A DNA stretch of 64,000 nucleotides, from the NCBI GenBank assembly GCA_020137815.1, contig CM035358.1, positions 6,944,001 through 7,008,000 of the forward strand, given 5' to 3'. Of the stretch, positions 39,101 through 47,254 are shown in pieces (the first letter of the stretch is position 1; each line of letters begins with the position of its first letter). Source of the stretch: Hormiphora californensis. Taxonomy: Eukaryota > Animalia > Ctenophora. The translations under genes and the position numbers were made by a program. The notes under the pieces are model-generated. The model saw nothing but the letters and a program-made list of their open reading frames with translations. It did not search any database and was not told the origin of the DNA.

Positions 39101-40404
39101 ATGTTACAATCTCCCTCCCCTCCCGTCAGCGTCACAACCGTTACCTAGCAACGAATTGTTAAATGTTACAATCTCCCTCCCCTCCTGTTAGCGTCACAAC
39201 CGTTACCTAGCAACGAATTGTTAAATGTTACAATCTCCCTCCCCTCCCGTCAGCGTCACAACCGTTACCTAGCAACGAATTGTTAAATAATACAATCTCC
39301 CTCCCCTCCCGTCAGCGTCACAACCGTTATCTAGCAACGAATTGGTAAATACTACAATCTCCCTCCCCTCCCGTCAGTGTCACAACCGTTACCTAGCAAC
39401 GAATTGTTAAATACTACAATCTCCCTCCCCTCCTGTCAGCGTCACAACCGTTACCTAGCAACGAATTGGTAAATACTACAATCTCCCTTCCCTCCCGTCA
39501 GCGTCACAACCGTTACCTAGCAACGAATTGTTAAATACTACAATCTCCCTCCCCTCCTGTCAGCGTCACAACCGTTACCTAGCAACGAATTGTTAAATAC
39601 TACAATCTCCCTCCCCTCCTGTCAGCGTCACAACCGTTACCTAGCAACGAATTGGTAAATGTTACAATCTCCCTCCCCTCCCGTCAGCGTCACAACCGTT
39701 ACCTAGCAACAAATTGTTAAATACTACAATCTCCCTCCCCTCCCGTCAGCGTCACAACCGTAACCTAGCAACGAATTGTTAAATACTACAATCTCCCTCC
39801 CCTCCCGTCAGTGTCACAACCGTAACCTAGCAACGAATTGGTAAATGTTACAATCTCCCTCCCCTCCTGTCAGCGTCACAACCGTTACCTAGCAACGAAT
39901 TGTTAAATACTACAATCTCCCTCCCCTCCCGTCAGCGTCACAACCGTAACCTAGCAACGACCAGGGGTAATTGTTTAACCAATGCGATTTAAATGCCCCT
40001 AAAATACAGAATAGAAGGTATAATTTCTTACAAATGGTTGGTCTCGGTTCGGATTTTTCCCCACATAACTAATGATCTTGTTTTCAGAGCAGTGTTCGAT
40101 AAAGGGCTTGCAGTCCTCGCCACAGATTATCAGAGCTGAACAGATGAACAGTTGTTACGGACTAGAAGAAAGGAAATATAGCTATGTTAACTAATCTATG
40201 GTAAATATAATGGTAAATAATCTATGGTAACTATGGTAACTAAGCTATGGTAACTATGGGAAAGAGAGACACAATGAAAGGTTTCCTGAACTCACCCACA
40301 ATATCTGTGATCCGTTCCCCAAACCGTTCTCCTCTGATAGTTATTTTACATCCGGGAGAGACGACAGTAGGGGATAGCCCATTCACCAAGGGCTGTGTTC
40401 CCAT
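15297..40404 (-). CDS. EXOC2: Exocyst complex component 2 (Sec5). Exons: 40404-40296, ~40135-40032, 37780-37636, 37352-37238, 37096-37047, 36819-36713, 33068-32890, 32635-32527, 32426-32292, 32043-31938, 31634-~31519, 31335-31157, 31022-30871, 30330-30188, 25827-~25687, 24302-24174, 18486-18396, 16453-16321, 16136-16010, 15401-15297; last exon(s) not found
   Basis: The spliced translation is colinear with animal EXOC2 as I recall it: MGTQPLVNGLSP..KITIRGE (IPT/TIG), VVTLTGGEG, YLLNNH, KKDKADRIRNALNVIERFRFLFGLP, YDIVLNDYKKAKSLF, DPAW, FVDEL..YLDGSL, ENWQ..TALP, EERLVLVLGNC, FPWQECNPP. Splice phases are consistent. Confidence 0.93.
15541..16027 (-). repeat. 37-bp tandem array (~13 copies) containing an EXOC2 splice donor
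   Basis: Unit (minus) GTTAACATATATGTTCAG|GTAGGGTTGGGTTACCATG. Confidence 0.95.
16468..18088. mobile_element. Merlin-like MITE/foldback with an internal inverted 18-bp satellite
   Basis: TIR GGGGGGGTCTCATGTTGG; 8-bp TSD GTAGGGAG (16460-16467 / 18089-18096); the internal ACAAATCTCAACAAAACA array flips orientation at ~17345. Confidence 0.9.
18096..18360. repeat. Degenerate purine-rich (GGGAGTA)n repeat
   Basis: Directly visible. Confidence 0.8.
18805..22946. mobile_element. Large foldback element with CAC...GTG termini and 4-bp ATAT TSD (Chapaev- or Sola-like, non-autonomous)
   Basis: ATAT|CACCCCCTGTCCGGAGTACTGC...GCAGTACTCCGGACAGGGGGTG|ATAT. Inverted arms >1.2 kb; the centre carries (CT)n facing (AG)n. 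Confidence 0.85.
19955..20747. mobile_element. 793-bp MITE with TAG...CTA termini and 3-bp TSD CTA (Academ-like), copy 1
   Basis: ~285-bp TIRs starting TAGTAGAGTCGATAAC. Removing it restores the match between the host foldback arms. Confidence 0.88.
23740..24210 (-). repeat. ~104-105-bp tandem repeats duplicating an EXOC2 exon end and donor (CLKKLTDLGDE|gtgag)
   Basis: About 5 copies here, plus a remnant at ~18540 separated by the 5-kb nested insertion; embedded in a ~32-bp minisatellite. Confidence 0.85.
24343..25325. mobile_element. Non-autonomous DNA transposon with TTAA TSD and GG...CC termini (Kolobok-like)
   Basis: TTAA|GGCCAGAGGGGGGGGTCC...GGACCCCCCCTCTGGCC|TTAA, plus an internal ~140-bp inverted repeat (24677-24980). 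Confidence 0.85.
26142..26148 (+). promoter_or_regulatory. Candidate TATA box of protease gene 1
   Basis: TATAAAA about 45 bp before the ATG; the paralog has TATAAAA at 33641, about 40 bp before its ATG. Confidence 0.55.
26190..27912 (+). CDS. Papain-family (C1A, cathepsin L-like) cysteine protease with one C-terminal ShKT domain; exons 26190-~27199, 27378-~27524, ~27780-27912; nested in an EXOC2 intron
   Basis: Signal peptide, I29-like prodomain (INKFSIMTEQE), QGGCGSCWAF, NHAV, RNSWG, and CEDLKTSC...C...NCAATCKWC. Confidence 0.93.
28090..28835. mobile_element. Putative non-autonomous element with TATAAT/ATTATA ends and short hairpins (Crypton-like?)
   Basis: TTATAACACCCCCCAGTG repeats, repeated CTCGCAGGCTCG, hairpin CTCGACCTTCGGTCTCG, and an imperfect inverted repeat 28543-28600 / 28740-28835. 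The family assignment is a guess. Confidence 0.4.
29024..29163. mobile_element. ~110-bp hAT-like MITE, copy A (with duplicated left end and a small hairpin)
   Basis: TIR CAGGAACCGACCGAA; 8-bp TSD ACTGTTAG. Confidence 0.88.
29182..30219 (-). repeat. 40-bp near-perfect tandem array (~26 copies) containing an EXOC2 splice donor
   Basis: Unit (minus) CTGGTTACTGTTATGAGACGCATCTGTGTCAGG|GTAAGTG; only one variant base seen (~29618). Confidence 0.97.
30368..30431. mobile_element. 64-bp hairpin / minimal MITE flanked by TA
   Basis: CGGAGATCGGTTAGTCGA...TCGACTAACCGATCTCCG, inside a ~60-bp intronic repeat. Confidence 0.6.
30697..30895 (-). repeat. 28-bp tandem array (7 copies) containing an EXOC2 splice donor
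   Basis: Unit (minus) TGAGGTTGCCCTCTACCTTATGA|GTAAG. Confidence 0.95.
31771..31879. mobile_element. hAT-like MITE, copy B
   Basis: Same sequence as copy A; 8-bp TSD ATGTACAC. Confidence 0.9.
33683..36386 (+). CDS. Papain-family (C1A) cysteine protease with two C-terminal ShKT domains; exons 33683-33837, 33986-34102, 34429-34682, 35164-35307, ~35415-35679, 35827-35937, 36082-36386; nested in an EXOC2 intron
   Basis: Signal peptide MLFFIALIVSAAA, NQGGCGSCWAF, GCKGG, PHHAMAV, KNSWG, CSDKNDRCKEWADRGEC...CKKSCNIC and CSDGLSDCARW...CRKSCGVC. Confidence 0.93.
34118..34212. mobile_element. hAT-like MITE, copy C (right end truncated), in protease gene 2 intron
   Basis: Matches copies A, B and E. 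Confidence 0.85.
34843..35160. repeat. ~80-100-bp intronic tandem repeats
   Basis: Three copies of CATTCCATGCCAAGCTCGACCCCCTTTACAAATGTAAAGGAGGGTTAGAACAT. Confidence 0.85.
36822..36986 (-). repeat. 33-bp tandem repeat (5 copies) abutting an EXOC2 acceptor
   Basis: GGTGAGATTGTTACTTTAACTAGGGGAAGAGCA; related units recur at ~31030-31120 and ~37360-37410. Confidence 0.9.
37736..39960 (-). repeat. 61-bp tandem array (~36 copies) containing the EXOC2 exon-3 splice acceptor
   Basis: Unit (minus) TAACAATTCGTTGCTAG|GTAACGGTTGTGACGCTGACGGGAGGGGAGGGAGATTGTAGTATT. Confidence 0.97.
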
Positions 40405-40657
40405 AACTGTGCAAGTACTTATTTACATCCTGGTTAGAACAGGACGCAAAGTTATTGGAGGTTATAAAAGTTATTGGGGGATAGTTATTATAGTGACAGA
40501 GAAAGAGCTGTGGAGAAATATAGAGTATACTGCAAGTTTGATGAATAAAAACCAGTCAATAATAAATTAAAACACCCGTCACCCATCATAATCCACGTGA
40601 TTCTGATCTGTATTTAAACTCTCTCAACACTTCTCAATTAAACTCTCTTAACACTTC

Positions 40658-41446
40658 TCAATCCTCCAAGCCATCCTCGTCTTCCTCCCCACCCTCCTCC
40701 GCCCCTTCCATCTTGGCCCTCTTCTTCTTCTGCTTCATACTTCTCTCCCAGGCAGCCCGATGTTTCCGGTAGAGTAGCAATGCACTCCTTGCATCCTCCA
40801 CCGAGTCATGGACACCCGTCTGGACTTCAGAATCAAGGAAATGTTTCACGAGATTTTTAAGTGACGGTGTGTTGCCCCTTGAGATCTCTTTAAAGGGCTT
40901 GAAACTGGAAGTATCACGGATCAAATGCCGTGGATGGGAAAACTCCAACACTGCAAAATCATTTGAAAGACCATGACCGATAACGATTCTGTCCTTGATC
41001 ATTTCCGCAACCTCGGCCTGAGCTACTTTAAAACGAACTCCCTCTTCTTTGAGAATCTTTCCGGTGAGACCGGTGATGTGAGCTCGATAATCCGTGACAT
41101 GTGATCTAGGTATCACGTACTTGTTGTAAACTACATCACCATAAACATTCACTATTGAAACTTTGGCCAACTCACTTTCTTTTCCCTCCTTCCCCACTCC
41201 CACCATTTCACAGTCCATAGCTAGCCGATGGGTGATGTCTGTGGATAATGTGGTAGGGCTAGAAAATAACAAGGGTTTGCTTTTCCGTTTTGTCTGTTCT
41301 TCGGTGACTGCTGTTTCAAGGGAAGGTGATGGAGGACATATTGGATCTTTTATCGGTTTTGTTTTGCTTCTCGTAGGTTTGGCAATAGTTTTCCGTAGCT
41401 TTTCCCAGTTTGAAGCCCCGGGAGTTTTCTTCTTATGTCTTGCCAT
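40658..41446 (-). CDS. REXO4: RNA exonuclease 4 (DEDDh), intronless CDS
   Basis: ASNWEKL N-terminal motif, LAMDCEMVGVG, VTDYR, IGHGLSNDF, IRDTS, PSLKNL, HDSVEDAR. Confidence 0.93.
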   Translation of the reverse strand: MARHKKKTPGASNWEKLRKTIAKPTRSKTKPIKDPICPPSPSLETAVTEEQTKRKSKPLLFSSPTTLSTDITHRLAMDCEMVGVGKEGKESELAKVSIVNVYGDVVYNKYVIPRSHVTDYRAHITGLTGKILKEEGVRFKVAQAEVAEMIKDRIVIGHGLSNDFAVLEFSHPRHLIRDTSSFKPFKEISRGNTPSLKNLVKHFLDSEVQTGVHDSVEDARSALLLYRKHRAAWERSMKQKKKRAKMEGAEEGGEEDEDGLED

Positions 41447-41956
41447 CTATTAAGGAGAACTAACGGAAGAGATGTAATCAAAAACCATCAAAAAGTGGCT
41501 CAACCTGCAGCCATGTAGGCAGCCAAATAATTAACAGTTATATTTTTCGAAATGTTTTCAAAGCGATCAAAAATCACTCAATTGGAATTGTATGCTACAG
41601 ACCCTGTTAGAAATAGGGATAAGACAGCTCATTTCAAATTTCAATTTTTCAAATCACTCGAAAAAAGATCAAAATTTTGATTTGCAAAAACGATTTCTTT
41701 GTAGTGGAAGCTCTTACGGTATTTCCCACGCTCCGTGGGAAAGTTTTCGACCGTGGGAAAGTTTTCAAAGCGTGGGAAAAGAGAGATACATACAATAACT
41801 AAGAAAAAACAATTTATTTTTTATAGTTACTAGAGTACCCGTTTGCTGGGAACCCGTGACCTGGTAAATGGTAATTTATCCTCATATAACCGGTGACATT
41901 TGTGTTTGATTTTTAAAAGATAATTTGTTTGTTCCTTAGAGCAATGAGTCTCATAG

Positions 41957-42200
41957 TAGGAGCGGTTAGATCAGCACGTGCAGAAAGTCGCGCGCCACCC
42001 TAATCTCAGGTTACTCTCACGGCTTCATTTTGCATCCAATCCAAAAGTGACCTTCATCAAACCTGTAGATCTCCTCAAGGAGAAGCGAAAACTTGAGGGA
42101 CATTTCTTGATAATGATTGGATGCGACCTCGAGGAGCTATGACAATGCGCAAAAAGGGGTGGCATGCGACTTTAACCACGTGGTGATCTAACCGCTCCTA
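41957..42200. mobile_element. ~245-bp MITE
   Basis: TIR TAGGAGCGGTTAGATCA(G/C)CACGTG; TSD unclear (possibly TA). Confidence 0.75.
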
Positions 42201-43021
42201 ACACCTTGGGTTTTTGAAAAAACGGCCATTACAATTTTGGCGAGGCGGGTAAATCATTTACTGTAACGCGCGAATTTTCCCAAAAAAGCGCTGCTTTTTT
42301 ACGCCGCGCGCGGAACCTAGAATTACGCGCACAGTGTGTGTGTGTGTGTGTCGTGTACCTCCCGTACTTCCACCCACTTGCTGTCGTTGGGGAGCAGCGA
42401 TCCCTAGATTTCACAGTTCTCTCCTCAGGTCACCAACACACATGGCTGCCCAGAGCGCCGTGCTCGATCTCCCGGTCAGGTCCCACCAAGGTAGCGCCGG
42501 GTTTCCCCGGTACCCCTTAGTGGTACCCTTCCATTGGAAGACACGAGTCGACAGACGAGAACTGTTTCGATAAAGAGCATGAAGGTCACCACCAACAGCA
42601 GGCGCACTAGTACTACTGTACCAGTCTTACGGTACTGGGTTTCCCCAGAATAGGTTAAATCGCCGAACGATAGTGCGCGTTCATCTTCACCATGATGAGG
42701 CACCATTTGTGCACTACCACCTGCCTGTTTCCAGGCGTGTACCTCTGATCGGGGTACAGTGGTAGGGTTCGGTCCATCGAGTCGTCATAGCAGCTATGAT
42801 CGAGTCGACCCAGGTGGCGCTGTTCTTTTTGTTTTGCCGATCTAGTTGTGGGGGGCCAGTCCAAAGACTAGTGACTTGGTTTGTATTGCGCTTTTGCTAG
42901 TTGCGGATTTGCTTCTGCCGTGATGGTTTCAACAGACTCTACCTGATGAGATCAGGGCTTTGCCAGTGTGCACTTTTAAACTACCGTTGGTATAGAATCA
43001 TTTTGGTGGTAGCGTTATGTT

Positions 43022-44430
43022 TTATTTGAATAGACCGGATTTGGTGACTACGTTGGTGAGTTTCCTTAGTTCCAGTGGCTCGTCTTCATTGTAAATGTTT
43101 TCTTTGATGTTTTGATACTCTTGAGTGAATCTGAGGTGGTCAAGGTCAGGACAGTTTAGTAGTTTGTGTTTGGAGTTTTCTCTTACCCCGCATAATTCAC
43201 AGTTGGGTTTTATGGAAGGGTCTCTGTGGGAGAGGGCACTTCTCAGGTTGTTCTGGCTCGTTATGGCTAGTGTCAGACTTCTCATTGTTTCCTTGTTTTT
43301 GATTGTTAGTTTTGTGTTTTCTTTAATAATCTTCCCGATAATCGTTGTAGTGAACTCAGAGTAATTTTTTGTCTTTAGTTCAGCGATTATTCCTGTCTCG
43401 TGTTGTTGTTTCAGCTTTGCCGTTATTTGGCTCTTTGTTTGTCCCAGTGCATTCTGGGTGTTTTTGCTGTTTGCAGTCGCTTGTTTTGCTATTTGATCTG
43501 CCCTCTCATTACCTTCTATGTTTGCATGGGCCTTCACCTTTACTATTTCTACGCCATTATCTCTTTGCAGTTTGTGTATACTTCGTAGGGTTTCAGTAGG
43601 TTGTTTTGAGTTTGAAAAATTTCTTGTTAGTCTTCTCAGTGTAGTGCTAGAGTCGGTGTGGATCACTAGATGTGACTCCTTTGTTCCCATTTCTAGTAGT
43701 TTCTCTATTACCAATTGTATTGCCAGTAGCTCTGCTGGATTTATGGTGTTTTCGGGTGCAAGGGGCTCTTTGAGATGATTTCCTGGTTATCCATGTAGAT
43801 TATGGCTCCTGCCCCTGTCATATGTGTTGAGTCTTTCTTAATTCTTGACCCATCTGTATACGCGTTTGTTATTTTGTTCTTGCTCAGTTGGGAGTTTTGT
43901 TCAAAGGTTATATCGGTGTGTTTTGTCTGGTCGATGGCATTAGGAATTTTTAGGCTTGTTATATTATGAGTAATTTCATAGCTTTCGAGTGCGTTAGATG
44001 CAGCTCTTTTTTTTTCGTGGAAGGGATCTGTCCACCAGTTTCCCTCAGCCTTCAGGTTTATATAGTTGTTGATACTTTCTTTGTTGATATGGTAAGTGAC
44101 ATCGTCCACTCCTGCCATTGTGGTTAGCACTATGTGCTGAGTGTGTTCGTGTCCTCCGGTAATCCTTCGAGTGATAGAGTTCTGTGCTGCTTCCAGCTTC
44201 ATCTTGAGTGTTTAGTTTTTCAGCACTTTCTGTCCCCGTATGCCTGCCCCGTATGTCAGGGTCTTCATCAGTATATTGTCGTGAACGTATCTGCCTTGGG
44301 CTGTGCTTATTCCCCATTTTGTTGTCATGAGGTGTCTCAGTGGTCTCGCAGATCGTTTAATTGTTTCTGTTTTATTTTGGACGTGGGCTTTGTAGTTTAA
44401 GTTTTTGTCCAGGGTTATTCCTAGATACAT
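43022..44430 (-). pseudogene. Frameshifted LINE ORF2 remnant (RT thumb + RNase H + CCHC)
   Basis: Split over ORFs 44212-44430, 43741-44202 and 43022-43714; RT core missing. Confidence 0.88.
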
Positions 44431-44699
44431 CGCCTGGTTTGTGACTGGGATAGTGTAGTGCTAGAGTCGGTGTGGATCACTAGGTGTGACTCCTTTGTTC
44501 CCATTACTGGCAGTTTCTTTATTACCAATTGTATTGCCAGTAGCTCTGCTTGATTTATGGTGTTTTCGGGTGCTGTTAGTTTTCCAAAATCCAGTTTCTG
44601 GTCTTTGTCACATATGTTTTGTTGTATCGTGTATCACCGATACTATCGGAAATTTAAATGTTTCAATATCAAGCAAAAGTGAAAAAAGATATCCATAAA

Positions 44700-44773
44700 G
44701 TCGCCTGACCGGGATTTGAACCTGGCATCTTATGCTTCTTAGCCCAGATTGTGGCCATTAGACCACGGAGCTG
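44700..44773 (-). other. tRNA-like segment (pol III A/B boxes); degenerate tRNA or SINE-like head
   Basis: Minus strand: AGCTCCGTGGTCTAATGG...GCCAGGTTCAAATCCCGGTC. Acceptor and anticodon stems do not pair well. Confidence 0.5.
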
Positions 44774-46688
44774 TTAGGTACAGTGCAATTCAGATATACT
44801 TATACTGTGCCGAGATTAGAAATTTTGGCAGAGGTTCCCCAGGGGCTCCTGGCCCCTACTCGGTTTTTCAAGAAAGTTCACCCGGCCAGATTCTGGCCCG
44901 CCGGTGCCTGTTATTGGAGCAACAGGAGCCCTTGCACAAAAGCTTTATTGGCACTTGAGTAATGTTGGTATATATATACTAAGTGTTATCGTGTTGGTCG
45001 TAGGGCAGGATTCCCTCAATTTGTGTTAATACCATTTGTTACAGTTGACCGCACTTTATTGATCCATCAGGCCCCAGGATCGCGGCTACGGGACCTATCC
45101 CTGGCCTTTCCCCAGAGAGACCTCCCTCCCCGGGTCCTTCCTGTGAAGGACCCGCAGCACCCACCCCCCATGAGATTAGGCCCTAGGCTGCCACAGGGAG
45201 TCAGAAAATCCTGTCACCTGACTCCCCCCGCAGACGCGCACAGTGTAAAATTTTAAAATTCATTGAAAATTTCCTCGCGTTTTATGTCGCCAAAAAAAAA
45301 AGTCGACGAAAAATTCCAAATTCGTGAATTCAGAATTATAAGAACTCCGGTCAGTTCTCATCTTGCCAATCCGTTTTCCGGGAACCCCTGGCCAAAGGAC
45401 ATTAAAGTTCACATAACGACCAAGTTTCATATCGATTGGATAAGATTTTGGGTGGCTACGGTGAAAAATATCGTATTTTTGGCATTTTTAACTTTCCCGA
45501 CGCGATTTACGACCCTTAAGGGTACGCTAACCAAAAATTTTTTTCGAGTGCAGGGAAATCTCTCACCGTAGGGTTGTAGGCCATGCCAAGGAGACCTCAA
45601 ATATGCAATTTGAGCTCTCAAGTCGAATTCATATTTTTGCTACAGCTGCTTGAAAAATGAACTGAAAATAAGTTTTTGGCATCTTAAAAATACATTTGTA
45701 AAGATAGGATCATAAAAATTTGTGGATTTGAAGAGGACAAAGAGGTGAGTAGCCACAAAAAAATTTTTTGAAATCCGAGCTGATTTCCGGTCCTGAGATG
45801 GATTTCTTTTTTTTGACTTTAACGCCATATTTGGCCAAGTTCCGAAAATATGTGAAAGCTGTAAATTGGTCAAAAGTTGCGTCTAACGATTCTCTATATG
45901 GCCATAAATTTTGGGCGCGTCCTTATTTGAGATAAGCTGTACAGAGTTTTTTTTGTGAAAGCCGTCATTTCAGAAATAAATAAATTCCCTGTATCTCAAA
46001 AACGGCTAATCGTAGAGACCTGAGACTATGCTTAAACGATTCAGAAGGTCCGATTTTGGGGGGGTCTTCTGAGAGACATTTTGCTCCAACTTCAACCGTT
46101 TTTGCTGTAATTGCGAAAAACAAATTCTATGAAAAGGGCAAAAGCTAAACTCCAATATCCTGAAATTAGGGAATTTTAGCTAAGAAAGGACCGAAACTAT
46201 GGAAAAATGTGTAACAAGCTAATTCCTTCACTATTTGGTCCATATGGGTCCCTATAATCACCAAAAACAAAATCACAAAAAATCCACGATGGCGAAGATG
46301 GGTTTTTGTTTTTCGCAATTACAGCAAAAACGGTTGAAGTTGGAGCAAAATGTCTCTCAGAAGACCCCCCCAAAATCGGACCTTCTGAATCGTTTAAGCA
46401 TAGTCTCAGGTCTCTACGATCAGCCGTTTTTGAGATACAGGCGCCGGCGCATTGACGCAAAATCAAAATTTTCGGAAAAAAACATGTTTTCGAAAATGTT
46501 GATTTTGCGTCATTGAGCCGGCGACGTGGCGCATTAACACAAAATCAAAATGCTCGAAAAAATGATTTTGCGTCATTGAGCCGGCTTACGTGGCGCATTG
46601 ACGCAAAATCAAAATTTTCGAAAACATATTTTTTTAAAAACATGTTTTTTTTTCACGTTTTTTATTTTTTTTCACATTTTTTAGTGGA

Positions 46689-46895
46689 AGCTCTTACGGT
46701 ATTTCCCACGCCCCGTGGGAAAGTTTTTGACCGTGGGAAAGTTTTCAAACCGTGGGAAAAGAGAGATACATACAATAACATACAAAAAATAATTATTTTT
46801 TTAAAGTTATTGTATGTATCTCTCTTTTCCCACGGTTTGAAAACTTTCCCACGGTCAAAAACTTTCCCACGGGGCGTGGGAAATACCGTAAGAGC
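46689..46895. mobile_element. ~205-bp palindromic MITE-like element (half copy at ~41709-41830)
   Basis: AGCTCTTACGGTATTTCCCACG...CGTGGGAAATACCGTAAGAGCT with internal CCGTGGGAAAGTTTT repeats; gives mirror ORFs. Confidence 0.8.
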
Positions 46896-47254
46896 TATTT
46901 TACTTTTTTGATTTTGCGGTAATGCGCCGCCATACAGCTCTGCGCGGCTCTTAATGCAACGAAACATTTACTTATTCGCGCGTTACGTTTATTGCAGCGT
47001 TATATTTTTCATGAATTCTCGTATTTTTCTTTTTTTTTCGTTCTGTCGCGTCGCGGCACCAAAGTTTTGCCCCAAAGCACGAACCAGTTTTAAATTTTTG
47101 ATTACTGAACAGTTACCGGTGTACCTAGCCTGCCACCCCGTTCTCATGGTCGCAGATCGACATATTCCATCATACCGTAAAGAAATTGTATCCTTTATGA
47201 TCCAAAAAACGTGACAGCTGTCTAATTTCCATTTTCCACGACCTAGCCAGACAC

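Larger units (their letters stand above)
42338..45233 (-). mobile_element. Rearranged, internally deleted RNase H-containing LINE with a (CA)n tail
   Basis: 13-bp TSD ACGCGCACAGTGT (42325-42337 / 45234-45246). RT C-terminus YLGITLDKNLNYKAHV; RNase H motifs AYTDGS, IHTDS, VKAHANIEGNERAD; C-terminal CxxC...H...C. Confidence 0.85.

Noticed and set aside
29182-39960. Regular arrays resembling CRISPR
   Set aside because: No unique spacers and no cas genes; the units are head-to-tail copies of eukaryotic splice junctions.
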